Source: Spirochaetia bacterium (lineage in GTDB: Bacteria; Spirochaetota; Spirochaetia; SZUA-6; Bin103). From it: a DNA stretch of 64,000 bases. Position numbers and translations under genes: made by a program. Shown one piece after another: positions 31,933 to 41,552 of this stretch. The notes below the pieces were generated by a model. That model was not told the DNA's origin. It did not search any database and worked only from the letters and a program-made list of their open reading frames with translations. The stretch covers positions 7,648,001 through 7,712,000 of the forward strand of contig CBDBDQ010000005.1 of assembly GCA_965203905.1 (NCBI GenBank), in the 5' to 3' direction. Within the stretch, counting starts at the first letter, position 1. Each line of letters begins with the position of its first letter.

Positions 31933-33698
31933 GTCAGGCGAGCCGGGCGGCAGCCGTGGGCGAACGCGAGTACCTCGCCACGGTAGCCGGGCTGGTCGAG
32001 CAGGCCTGGCCCGCCGGGGTGCCGCGCGAGGTCCGCTACCCGCTCGGCGAGATCCCGGTGACCGAGCATCTGCGCCACGCCGCGCGCGCGACACCCGACA
32101 AGGCGTGCGTCGTCTACTACGGCTATCGGCTCACCTACGCCGGGCTCGACGAGGCCAGCGACCGGTTCGCCGCCTTCCTGGAGGCGCGCGGGCTGGTCCG
32201 CGGAGACCGCGTGGCGGTGCTCCTGTACAACTGTCCGCAGTACTTCATCGTGTTCTACGGCATCCTCAAGCTCGGCTGCGTGCACGTGCCGGTGAACCCG
32301 ATGTTCAAGGAACACGAACTGCGCTACCAACTCGTCGACGCCGACCCCAGGGTGCTGGTGGCGATGGACCGGCTCCATCCGCTGGTCGAGGCGGTGCGCG
32401 GCGACTCCAACCTGGAGGCGGTGGTGGTCACCCGCTTCACCGACTACCTCCCGAGCGAGCCCGGCCTGCCGCTGCCGAAGCTGCTGCAGGAGCCGCCGCG
32501 CGCCTGTCCCGGCGCCCTGGAGCTGCCGGAGCTGCTGGCCGGCCACGGTCCCGGCTTCACGCGGCCCGCCCCGAGCCTCGACGACCTGGCGAGCATCAAC
32601 TACACCGGCGGCACCACCGGGATGCCGAAGGGGTGCATGCACACGCAGCGCAACATGCTGCATGCCTGCACCGCGGGCAGAGTGGCGTACCTGCGCCCCG
32701 GCGCCTCGCCGCGCGACATCCGTACCGTGTCCTACGTGGCGAGCTTCTGGATCTCCGGCCAACTCCGGCTGATCGAAACGGTCCTGACCGGATCGACGCT
32801 CATCTACTTCGCCCGCTGGGACGCCGAGGCCGTGCTGCAGGCGATCGAGCGGTACCGGGTCACGCACCTCAATGGACCGCTCGACACCATCGTGGAACTG
32901 ATGGAACGGCCGGACGTGGAGCGCCGCGACCTGAGCTCGCTCGAAGTCACCACCTGCACGTCGTTCGTCAAGAAACTCAACCTCGACTACCGGCGCCGCT
33001 GGCGCGAGCTGACCGGGATCACCTTGCACGAGTCGTCGTTCGGCATGACCGAGACCCATACCTGGGACACCTTCACGATGGGCATGCAGGCCGGCGACAT
33101 GGACCTGAAGTCCACGCCCATCTTCGTGGGGCTGCCGACCGCCGGCACCCGCTACAAGATCGTCGACCGCGACAGCGGCCGGCTGGCGCCGCTCGGGGAG
33201 GAGGGGGAAATCGTGGTGTCCTCGCCGTCGCTCATGAAGGGCTACTGGAGGGACCCGGAGAAGAGTGCCGAGCAGATCCGGGACGGGTGGTTTCGCACCG
33301 GCGACGTCGGCATGATCGACGAGCGCGGCTACCTGCACTACCTCGGGCGCGACAAGGAGATGCTCAAGGTCAAGGGCATGAATGTCTACCCGTTCGAGCT
33401 CGAAAGCCTGCTTGGTCAACACCCGGCGATCGCCGGCAGTGCCGTGGTCGGCCGCGCGGACCGCGAGCGCGGCGAGGTGCCGGTGGCGTTCGTGAAGCTC
33501 GCGCCCGGCTGCGAGGCCACCACGGCCGACCAGATCGGCACCTGGTGCCGTGACAACATGGCGACCTACAAGGTGCCCGAGATCCGCATCGTGGATGAGT
33601 TCCCGCTCACGGAGGTCGGCAAGGTGAGCAAGGTCCTGCTGCGCCGGCGGTTGCGGGGCGGCGCGGCGGTCGACACCGCCTACCAGGTGTCGACGTAG
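31929..33698 (+). CDS. Long-chain fatty acid-CoA ligase (AMP-binding)
   Basis: YTGGTTGMPKG, FGMTET, WFRTGDVG, GKVSK. Confidence 0.92.
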   Translation: MSQASRAAAVGEREYLATVAGLVEQAWPAGVPREVRYPLGEIPVTEHLRHAARATPDKACVVYYGYRLTYAGLDEASDRFAAFLEARGLVRGDRVAVLLYNCPQYFIVFYGILKLGCVHVPVNPMFKEHELRYQLVDADPRVLVAMDRLHPLVEAVRGDSNLEAVVVTRFTDYLPSEPGLPLPKLLQEPPRACPGALELPELLAGHGPGFTRPAPSLDDLASINYTGGTTGMPKGCMHTQRNMLHACTAGRVAYLRPGASPRDIRTVSYVASFWISGQLRLIETVLTGSTLIYFARWDAEAVLQAIERYRVTHLNGPLDTIVELMERPDVERRDLSSLEVTTCTSFVKKLNLDYRRRWRELTGITLHESSFGMTETHTWDTFTMGMQAGDMDLKSTPIFVGLPTAGTRYKIVDRDSGRLAPLGEEGEIVVSSPSLMKGYWRDPEKSAEQIRDGWFRTGDVGMIDERGYLHYLGRDKEMLKVKGMNVYPFELESLLGQHPAIAGSAVVGRADRERGEVPVAFVKLAPGCEATTADQIGTWCRDNMATYKVPEIRIVDEFPLTEVGKVSKVLLRRRLRGGAAVDTAYQVST

Positions 33699-36600
33699 GG
33701 GCGCTTCTTGCCGGACCGCGGCGCCGGCGGCGGCAGCCGCCGCATGCTGGCGGCGATCCAGCGGCGCGTGTCGGCGGGGTCGATCACGTCGTCCACGCCG
33801 CCGCCGGCTACGGCGTTGACGGCCTTGGCCCGTTCGTAGGCTTCCGCGACCCGGCGCTCGAACTCCGCGCGCCGCTGCTCGGGATCCGCGATCGCCGCCA
33901 GCTCCCGGCGGTAGCCGAGCTTGACCGCGCCTTCCAGGTTCATGCCCGAGAACTCGGCCGTCGGCCAGGCGACGGTGAAGAAACCGAGCAGCGAGCAGGC
34001 GCCGCACATCGCCTGCACGCCCAGCCCGTACGCCTTGCGTACGATGACGCCGAACAGCGGCGTGGTCAGGTTGGCGCCGGTGTTGAACATGCGCGCGCAG
34101 TGCCGGACCAGCGCCGTGCGCTCGTGCTCCGGCCCGACCATGATGCCGGGGCAATCCATCAGGCTCAGCACCGGGATGTCGAAGGCGTCGCACAACTGCA
34201 GGAAGCGCGCGCCCTTGTCGGCGGCGTCGGAGTCGATCGCCCCGGCCAGGTGGTGCGGGTTGTTGGCCAGCACTCCCAGGGGGCGGCCCTCGACCCGGAT
34301 GAACGCGGTGATGATGCCGACGCCGAATTGCGCGCGCAGCTCCAGGATCGAGCCGCGGTCGGCGATGGTCTCGATCACCTCGCGCATGTCGTACAGGCGC
34401 AGCCGGTTGTCCGGCACCACGTGCCGCAGGCGGCGCTGGTCGTGGCTGTCCCAGTCATCGAGCGCGCCCTGGAAGTACGACAGGTAGCGCCTGGCCACGT
34501 CGACGGCGCTCTCCTCGTCCTCCACCAGGATGTCGACCACGCCGTTGGCGACCTGAAACGACATCGGCCCCACCTCCTCCGGCGTGTAGACCCCCAGGCC
34601 GCCGCCTTCGATCATCGCCGGCCCTCCCATCCCGATGGTCGAGTTGCGGGTGGCGATGATCACGTCGCAGCAGGCCAGCAGCGCGGTGTTGCCGGCGAAG
34701 CAGCGCCCGTTGTTGACGCCGACCAGCGGCACCAGGCCGCTGAGTTGCGAGAACTGCATGAAGGTGGGGGTGTCCATGGCCACGCGTGGTCCCACGTAGT
34801 CGTCGCCGGGGCGGCCGCCGCCGCCTTCGGTGAACACCACCACCGGAAGCCGGAAGCGCGTCGCCAGTTCGTACATCCGGTCCTGCTTGTAGTGGTTGCG
34901 GCGGCCCTGAGTGCCGGCCAGCACGGTGTAGTCGTAGGCGACCACGATCGCGCGTGCGTGCTGGTCGTCGAACCGGTCGCCGTTGATCGACGCCGTACCG
35001 ACCACCAGGCCGTCGCCCGGCGTCTTCTCGCGCAGCCCCTGGTCGTCGTTGCGCTGGTGCTGTTGCGCCACCACCAGCGGCCAGTACTCCTGGAACGAGC
35101 CCGGGTCGACGAGTTGGGCGATGTTGCGGCGCGCCATGCGGAACCCGAGCCGGCGCCGCTTGGCGACCGCTTCCGGCCGGTGCTCGTCCAGCGTGTAGGC
35201 GTGCCGGTCGATCGTTTCCTGCAGGTCGGGGCGGATGCGGTCGAGGTCGATCGATTGCTCGGCGGCGGCGCTGCGTTCCCCCAGGTCCGCCGGTTCGACG
35301 TACACCAGCGGGTGTCCCTCGCCGACGACGTCACCCACGCTCACCGCAATGCCGCGCACGTGGCCCGCTGCCTCGGCCTCGACGAAGTGCTGCATCTTCA
35401 TCGCTTCCACCACGACCAGCTCCTGGCCGGCGTGCACGGCATCGCCCACGGCGACCAGCACGCTGACGACGGTGCCCTGGATGGGAGCCGGCAGCGCGAC
35501 CGAGCCATCCGGTGCGTCGGCGTCGGCGTCGGTCAGGGACATGGCCGCGTCGGTCCGGCCGACGGGATCGCTGCCCTGGGCCGCGCGGGCGTGGGCGAAC
35601 ACCGCCAGCGGATCGGTGCCGCCGGCGTGCGCGCCGCCGGCGGGGGCGGCCCCGGCCGCGCCGGCGCGGGCGACCGCTGCCGGCGGATCGGTGCCGCCGG
35701 TCTGCGCGCCGGCTTTGGCCGCCGCCCCGGCCAACGGTCGCGGCCGCGGGTCGGTGCGCGGCGCCGCGAGGTCGGACAGGTGGTCGTCGACGAACCGCGT
35801 GTACAGGCGCCCGGCGCGGAAGTCCGGGTGGTCCAAGAGGTTCTGCAGGAACGGGATGTTGGTCGCCACGCCCGCAAGGCGGAATTCGCCCAGTGCCCGT
35901 GACGTGCGCCGCACCGCGTCCGCGAAGTTCGGCGACGGCGAGTGACCGACCACCTTGGCCAGTAGCGAGTCGAATGCGGGGTTGGTCGTATAGCCGGCGT
36001 AGCCGTAGGTGTCGGTGCGAACGCCGGGCCCGGTCGGCGGCTCGAACGCGGTGATGGTTCCCGCCGCGGGCCGCACGCGGCCGTCGGCGCTCACGGTCTC
36101 CAGGTTCACGCGCGCCTGGATCGCGAAGCCGCGGGCGGCAGGGATCTGATCCTGCGTGAGCCCGAGTTCCGCCAGCGACCGGCCGCCGGCGATGCCGAGC
36201 TGCGCCTGCACCAGGTCGAGGCCGGTGACCGCCTCGGTAACCGTGTGCTCCACCTGCAGCCGGGGGTTGGCCTCGATGAAGTAGAACGCGGCCGCTTCGC
36301 CCGAGTCGTCCGCGTCCACCAGGAACTCGAATGTGCCGAGGCCGCGGTAACCGACCGCGGCCGCCACGCGCTTCGCCGCGTCGATGATGCGCGCGCGCAA
36401 CGCGCCTGGCAGGCCGGGCGCCGGGGCGATCTCGATCAGCTTCTGGTGGCGCCGCTGGGCGCTGCATTCGCGCTCGCCGGCCTGCACCACGTCGGTGCCG
36501 TCACCGACGATCTGCACCTCCACGTGGCGGGCCCGCGTGACCATCCGCTCCACGTACAGCGTGCCGTCGCCGAACGCCGCCTCTGCTTCGGAGCGGCACC

Positions 36601-37150
36601 GTTCGAAGCTGGCTGCAATCTGGTCCGCGCTCCGGACGGCGCGGGTGCCGCGGCCGCCGCCGCCGGCCACCGCCTTGATCATCATCGCGGAGCCGGCGGG
36701 CAGTCCCCTGAAGAAGGCGGCCGCCTGGTCGACGCCGGTCGGCGCGTCGGTTCCGGGCAGCACCGGAACGTCGTGCGCTACCGCCGCGGCGCGCGCCCGC
36801 GGCTTGTCGCCGAACAGCTCCAGCGTCTCGACCGCCGGCCCCACGAAGCGCAACCCGCCCTCCTCACAGGCGCGCGCGAAGGCGGCGCTCTCGGCCAGGA
36901 ACCCGTAGCCGGGGTGGATCGAGTCGCAGCCGGCCGCGCGCGCGAGCCGAACGATGCCGGTGCCGTCCAGGTAGGCGGGTACGCCGCGCCCGGACAGCGG
37001 CAGCGCCTCGTCGGCCGCCTGCACGTGCAGCGACGCCGCGTCGTCTTGCGAGTGGATGGCGACGGTCGCGATGCCGAGGTCGGCGGCGGCCCGCGCCACG
37101 CGAACCGCGACCTCGCCGCGATTCGCGATCAGGAGTTTGCGCAGCGCCAC
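33680..37150 (-). CDS. Single-chain biotin-dependent acyl-CoA carboxylase (BC-BCCP-CT)
   Basis: LLIANRGE, HPGYGFLAE, GGGGRG, EAMKM biotin site, CT motifs GGGGRPGD and RKAYG. Confidence 0.92.
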   Translation of the reverse strand: MALRKLLIANRGEVAVRVARAAADLGIATVAIHSQDDAASLHVQAADEALPLSGRGVPAYLDGTGIVRLARAAGCDSIHPGYGFLAESAAFARACEEGGLRFVGPAVETLELFGDKPRARAAAVAHDVPVLPGTDAPTGVDQAAAFFRGLPAGSAMMIKAVAGGGGRGTRAVRSADQIAASFERCRSEAEAAFGDGTLYVERMVTRARHVEVQIVGDGTDVVQAGERECSAQRRHQKLIEIAPAPGLPGALRARIIDAAKRVAAAVGYRGLGTFEFLVDADDSGEAAAFYFIEANPRLQVEHTVTEAVTGLDLVQAQLGIAGGRSLAELGLTQDQIPAARGFAIQARVNLETVSADGRVRPAAGTITAFEPPTGPGVRTDTYGYAGYTTNPAFDSLLAKVVGHSPSPNFADAVRRTSRALGEFRLAGVATNIPFLQNLLDHPDFRAGRLYTRFVDDHLSDLAAPRTDPRPRPLAGAAAKAGAQTGGTDPPAAVARAGAAGAAPAGGAHAGGTDPLAVFAHARAAQGSDPVGRTDAAMSLTDADADAPDGSVALPAPIQGTVVSVLVAVGDAVHAGQELVVVEAMKMQHFVEAEAAGHVRGIAVSVGDVVGEGHPLVYVEPADLGERSAAAEQSIDLDRIRPDLQETIDRHAYTLDEHRPEAVAKRRRLGFRMARRNIAQLVDPGSFQEYWPLVVAQQHQRNDDQGLREKTPGDGLVVGTASINGDRFDDQHARAIVVAYDYTVLAGTQGRRNHYKQDRMYELATRFRLPVVVFTEGGGGRPGDDYVGPRVAMDTPTFMQFSQLSGLVPLVGVNNGRCFAGNTALLACCDVIIATRNSTIGMGGPAMIEGGGLGVYTPEEVGPMSFQVANGVVDILVEDEESAVDVARRYLSYFQGALDDWDSHDQRRLRHVVPDNRLRLYDMREVIETIADRGSILELRAQFGVGIITAFIRVEGRPLGVLANNPHHLAGAIDSDAADKGARFLQLCDAFDIPVLSLMDCPGIMVGPEHERTALVRHCARMFNTGANLTTPLFGVIVRKAYGLGVQAMCGACSLLGFFTVAWPTAEFSGMNLEGAVKLGYRRELAAIADPEQRRAEFERRVAEAYERAKAVNAVAGGGVDDVIDPADTRRWIAASMRRLPPPAPRSGKKRPYVDTW

Positions 37151-37920
37151 TACCTTCCCGTCCAGTTGGGCGGCCGCTTCTCGGCGAACGCCCGCGGTCC
37201 CTCGACGTAGTCCTCGCTGTTCCGCATCGCCTCGACGGAGTCGTGCCGGCGCCGTATCGCCTCCTCCAGCGAGGGCGTGTCGAGGCTCCGGTACACCACG
37301 TCCTTGGATGCGCGGATCGACAGCGGCGCGCAGGCGCAGATCATCTGCGCCCAGCGGTTCGCCTCGCTCAGGATGTCGGCGTCGGGAACCACGGCGGTGA
37401 CGAAACCGAGCTCGTAGCCCTCCTCGGCGGATACGTGGCGGCCGGTGAGAATCATGCCGAGGGCGCGTTTGGTGCCGATCTCGCGCGGCAGGCGCTGCAT
37501 GCCGCCGGCGACTGCCGCCAGGCCAACCGTCGCCTCCGGCAGTGCGAAGCGCGCGCTGCGCGCGGCGATGATCAGGTCGCAGGCGAGCGCGATCTCGAAA
37601 CCACCGCCCATGCACACGCCGTTGACGGCGGCGATGATCGGCTTGGTCAGGTCGAACCGGGAGGTCAGGCCGCCGAATCCTCGCGGTGTGGGCACGCGCG
37701 GTCCGCCTTCAGCCTGGTAGCGGAGGTCGTTGCCGGCGCAGAAGCCGCGGCCTTCTCCGGTAATGATCGCTACCCATGCATCGTCGTTGGCGGCGAAGTC
37801 GTCGAACACGCGGCCGAGCTCGGCGTTGGCGGGCGGATGCAGCGCGTTGAGGCGCTCCGGTCGCGTGATCGTCACGGTCATGACCTGCCCGGACAGGTCG
37901 ACCCGGCAGAATTCCGTCAT
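37150..37920 (-). CDS. Enoyl-CoA hydratase/isomerase
   Basis: FCAGNDL, GGGFEIALACD, LPEATVG, AFAEKRPP. Confidence 0.92.
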   Translation of the reverse strand: MTEFCRVDLSGQVMTVTITRPERLNALHPPANAELGRVFDDFAANDDAWVAIITGEGRGFCAGNDLRYQAEGGPRVPTPRGFGGLTSRFDLTKPIIAAVNGVCMGGGFEIALACDLIIAARSARFALPEATVGLAAVAGGMQRLPREIGTKRALGMILTGRHVSAEEGYELGFVTAVVPDADILSEANRWAQMICACAPLSIRASKDVVYRSLDTPSLEEAIRRRHDSVEAMRNSEDYVEGPRAFAEKRPPNWTGR

Positions 37921-38016
37921 GGCGGTCCCTCCTGGTGGGAAGCGTCCCACGTCTCGCCATCATATCTGTCCCGCACCCTCTCGGTCACACGCGGAGAAGC
38001 GGGAGGGGAGCATGAC

Positions 38017-38054
38017 TATTCCCATGATACATACGGTATGATACCATTGGAATA
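38017..38054. promoter_or_regulatory. Nested palindrome just upstream of the ATPase gene
   Basis: TATTCC...CATAC-G-GTATG...GGAATA in an AT-rich patch. Confidence 0.35.
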
Positions 38055-39179
38055 ATGAAGCAGTTCGTGTTCGACCGGCTTGTCGACCGTGAGAACATCT
38101 GCAACCAGCAGCGCGAGCAGCAGGTGCTCCGAGATGCGGTCGCGCGCGGATACCGCATGGTGGTCTACGGCCCGCGCAACTACGGCAAGACCTCGGTGGT
38201 GCGCAACATCACCATCGAGGAGTTCCGCCGCACCCGGGGGCGCCGCTTCGTGCTGTTCGCGGATCTGCTGGGGGTCCGCTCCATGCAATCCCTGACCCGG
38301 CGGTTGGCTGGCAGTCTGCAGCGCTCCTTCGCCGCTTCCTTCCCGGTCAGGAGTCTCCTGGAGAACGCATCGCGGTTCCTGGGTGCGCTGCTTCCCGAGG
38401 TCTCGCTCGATCCGCAGACCGGGAGCCCGAGCCTGTCGTTGCACACCCGCGAGCCGGAGTCCAGCCGCAGCCTGCAGACGCTCTGGGACCACATCTCCGG
38501 CATCACCGCGGAAGTCGACTCGCTCATCGTGCTCGACGAGTTCCAGGACGTGGCGTTCATCGACGAAGCGGCGGCGCAGTTGCGCTCCTGCCTCGAAGGG
38601 CTCGATGCGACGCCCATACTGCTGCTCGGCTCCAAGCGGCACATGCTCGCCGACCTGTTCGCCGCTCCAGGCGCCCCGCTGAGTGCCTGGGGATCCGACC
38701 TGGAGTTCCACCCGATCCCCCACGACGAGTACCACCGATACATGGAGGAACGGTTCCGCCCGCGCCGCTTGACGATCTCGCGCGAGGTGGCGGCCACCCT
38801 GCAGGACGAAATGCAGCGCGTGCCGGAGGCGATCAACCGGCTGTGCGCCCAGTTGCTGGAGTTGCACCAGGCCGTTGAGATCGATCAGACCATGGTGCGG
38901 GCAGCACTGGTGAATCTGCTGGAGAACCGGGAGGGCCGCTTCGCGGCTTACTTGTCGGCGTTCTCCGGAACCGACGAGAGCGTTGTGACCGAGATCGCGC
39001 GCCGCGAGCGGGTTGCGCATCCGCAGTCGAAGGGCTTTCTCGCGAGCGTCGGGCTGTCCAACCGCACGGTGGCGCTGGCGGTCAGACGGCTGTGGGACCG
39101 CGGCGTGATCGAGCATGTCGCGGGCAGCTACCGGATCGCCGATCCCCTGCTCGCCGCCTACCTGCGCCGATACCGTTAG
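38055..39179 (+). CDS. AAA/STAND-type (archaeal ATPase-like) protein with C-terminal wHTH
   Basis: GPRNYGKTS, LDEFQD, GSKRH, YRIADPLL. Confidence 0.85.
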   Translation: MKQFVFDRLVDRENICNQQREQQVLRDAVARGYRMVVYGPRNYGKTSVVRNITIEEFRRTRGRRFVLFADLLGVRSMQSLTRRLAGSLQRSFAASFPVRSLLENASRFLGALLPEVSLDPQTGSPSLSLHTREPESSRSLQTLWDHISGITAEVDSLIVLDEFQDVAFIDEAAAQLRSCLEGLDATPILLLGSKRHMLADLFAAPGAPLSAWGSDLEFHPIPHDEYHRYMEERFRPRRLTISREVAATLQDEMQRVPEAINRLCAQLLELHQAVEIDQTMVRAALVNLLENREGRFAAYLSAFSGTDESVVTEIARRERVAHPQSKGFLASVGLSNRTVALAVRRLWDRGVIEHVAGSYRIADPLLAAYLRRYR

Positions 39180-39205
39180 CGCCGGAGGCTCCCCCGGACG
39201 GTGAC

Positions 39206-39233
39206 TTGACGGCAGGCGGCGGCGTGGTAGGAT
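39206..39233 (+). promoter_or_regulatory. Sigma70-like promoter for SBP operon 2
   Basis: TTGACG-16-TAGGAT with extended TG. Confidence 0.55.
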
Positions 39234-39253
39234 ACGGGTCAGGGACTAAACGG

Positions 39254-39376
39254 ATGCGGATGAATCGCCATGACGACTGTCAGCGCGGTGGCCGGCTGGT
39301 GACCCAGCCGGTGGCTTCTACCCGAGTTCTCCCCCCCCCAAGATACCCTATAATTATTTATCAAATAAGCAATTAA
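39254..39376 (+). CDS. Putative leader peptide (40 aa) with C9 tract, copy 2
   Basis: MRMNRHDDCQRGGRLVTQPVASTRVLPPPRYPIIIYQISN; AGGGA upstream. Confidence 0.45.
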   Translation: MRMNRHDDCQRGGRLVTQPVASTRVLPPPRYPIIIYQISN

Positions 39377-39534
39377 GCGCTCTACCGAGAGCACCATACG
39401 CACCCCGGCTCACGCCGTCGCCTTCACCGCCGCCACTACTTCCGGTGGCGCCGGTTCGGTCCATCGCCATGGATCGTCAGCCCTTCTGCACTCTTCCACG
39501 TATCACTCTTTTCGTCCGCGACACCCTGCCGTTT

Positions 39535-39736
39535 GCCGGCATACAGGAGGCACACGAGTGAGACTCAGAGAACCGTAGGCGCGCGCGGCGTGAGCCCGGG
39601 GCGACCCGGCCGAGTCACACGCCGCGCGCTCCGCAAAATGACTCGAGCTGGCCGCCCGCGTTGCGGGCGTGAGAGCAGCCAGGGAGCGGCAATCCGTTCC
39701 GCAATACTCTCAAGAAATCCACCAACGGAGTCAAGT
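39535..39736 (+). ncRNA. Candidate structured cis-regulatory leader RNA, copy 2
   Basis: Same stems as 28617..28825, with a longer loop in the first hairpin. Confidence 0.55.
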
Positions 39737-41536
39737 ATGAAACCTGTAAGAACCACATTGACCTTCGCGGTCGCGTTGGTCCTGGTGCTGACCGCGACCG
39801 GCCTGTGGGCCGCTGCGGCAGAAGAGGAGCCGGCAGCCACCGCAGAGAAGGAGATGGTGCGCGACCCGTCCACCGGCGAGATGGTCGAAGCCCCCCGCTA
39901 TGGAGGGACCTTCACCCATGCCGAGAGGACCGGAGCCGACACTCCTGACACCTGGTTCAGCGGCGGTCAGGCGGCGACGTTCTTCATCAGTACCGTTCTC
40001 GAGAAGCTCAGCGTCGGGAACTGGGCGATCGACAGAGAGGAACATGGCTGGAATACGACCAGCGTACCTCTCTCTGCCTTGAAAGGGGCGCTGGCGGAAA
40101 GCTGGTCACAGCCTGACCCGCTGACCTATGTCTTCAACATCCGGCAGGGCGTCCACTGGCACAACAAGGCACCGATGAACGGTCGGGAGCTGACCGCCGA
40201 TGATATCGTGTTCAACTTTCACCGCTATCTGGGGCTGGGCAGTGGCTTTACCGAGAGCAGCCCGCGTCTCGGGCAACTCGCCGCCTTCTCATTCGAATCG
40301 GTAGAGGCCACCGACGAATGGACGGTGGTCATGAAGCTCAAGGAGCCACGCCTGTTTGCGCTGGAGATTATCATCGACCAGTACAGCAACTGGATGTACC
40401 CCCCCGAGGTCATCGAGGAACACGGCGACGCCCGGGATTGGAGGAACCTGGTCGGCACCGGGCCCTATGAGCTGACTGACTACGTCGAGGGCGTCTCTGC
40501 TACCTTCGACAAGAATCCTGACTACTGGGGCTCCGACGACAAGTACCCGCAGAACCGCTTGCCCTATATTGACCAGATAACGGGCCTGATTATGCCAGAG
40601 GGAGCGACCCGCCTGGCGGCACTGCGCGCGGGAACGCTTGATTACATAGGTACTCCCGGCAACACCCAACTGAGGACGATCGACCAGGTAGAGAGCGTCC
40701 AGCGCATCAGCCCCGACCTGGTGGTGTGGCAATATCCGTATCGGTCAGATAATTCTTTTGGCGTCAACGTCCAGAAGCCGCCCTTTGACGACATCCGGGT
40801 GCGCCAGGCAATGCAGATGGCACTCGATCTCGACACGATCTATGCGACCTATTACAAGGGTTATGGATCTACCAGGCCTCAGGGGGTCTACGGCGAAGAG
40901 CTGAAGGGGTGGACGACCCCCTTCGAAGAGTGGCCCGAAGCGGTCCAGAAGGTCTATACCTACGACCCGGCGGGGGCAGAAGCGTTGCTCGATGCGGCTG
41001 GGTATCCACGCGGCGCCGACGGTACTCGCTTCAAGGCCGTGTTGAGCCACCTCGAGCGGTACGACACCACGTTTGCGGAGTTGGTCGCCGCGCAGTGGGG
41101 TGAGGTCGGTGCCGATGTCGAGGTTCGGGTAACACCGGTGCCTGAGTTTGTCTCCCTCAGAACTGAGGGACTATTTGAGATGATCTCCGCGGAGTTAGGC
41201 GGGCTTCCGAGTCCTTCCGTAGCCGGGCTGGGCGCATACTACACGCACACGTCCTGGGCCCATTCCAACGTGTCTGACCCGGTTTATGACGCCATGTTCG
41301 AAGCCCAACAAAACGCCACCACCGTCGAGGAATCGCGGAGGCTGACGAGAGAGGGATACCTGTACGCGCTGGAGCGGCACTGGAGCATATGGGGCGGCGA
41401 AGTCCCACAGTTCAACGTGAGCCAGCCGTGGGTCAAAGGCTACAACGGGGAAATCTGGTTGGGTGTCGGTCAGCAGGACACCTTCTTCGCCCGTCTCTGG
41501 ATTGATCAGGATCTCAAGGCAGAAATGGGCTTTTAG
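39737..41536 (+). CDS. Peptide/nickel ABC substrate-binding protein (SBP family 5)
   Basis: Paralogue of 26823..28616; MKPVRTT start, GGAG RBS. Confidence 0.92.
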   Translation: MKPVRTTLTFAVALVLVLTATGLWAAAAEEEPAATAEKEMVRDPSTGEMVEAPRYGGTFTHAERTGADTPDTWFSGGQAATFFISTVLEKLSVGNWAIDREEHGWNTTSVPLSALKGALAESWSQPDPLTYVFNIRQGVHWHNKAPMNGRELTADDIVFNFHRYLGLGSGFTESSPRLGQLAAFSFESVEATDEWTVVMKLKEPRLFALEIIIDQYSNWMYPPEVIEEHGDARDWRNLVGTGPYELTDYVEGVSATFDKNPDYWGSDDKYPQNRLPYIDQITGLIMPEGATRLAALRAGTLDYIGTPGNTQLRTIDQVESVQRISPDLVVWQYPYRSDNSFGVNVQKPPFDDIRVRQAMQMALDLDTIYATYYKGYGSTRPQGVYGEELKGWTTPFEEWPEAVQKVYTYDPAGAEALLDAAGYPRGADGTRFKAVLSHLERYDTTFAELVAAQWGEVGADVEVRVTPVPEFVSLRTEGLFEMISAELGGLPSPSVAGLGAYYTHTSWAHSNVSDPVYDAMFEAQQNATTVEESRRLTREGYLYALERHWSIWGGEVPQFNVSQPWVKGYNGEIWLGVGQQDTFFARLWIDQDLKAEMGF

Positions 41537-41552
41537 GCTCCTTTAGGCTTGT

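Noticed and set aside
31707-34193. Long antisense or alternate-frame ORFs (also 4175..5857, 34100..35902, 48431..50320, 50335..52455)
   Set aside because: Shadow ORFs caused by high GC; Arg/Pro/Gly-rich, no motifs, and overlapping well-supported genes.
37151-37615. N-terminal extension of the carboxylase ORF (1311 aa)
   Set aside because: It overlaps the enoyl-CoA hydratase in another frame; biotin carboxylase homology starts at GTG 37150.
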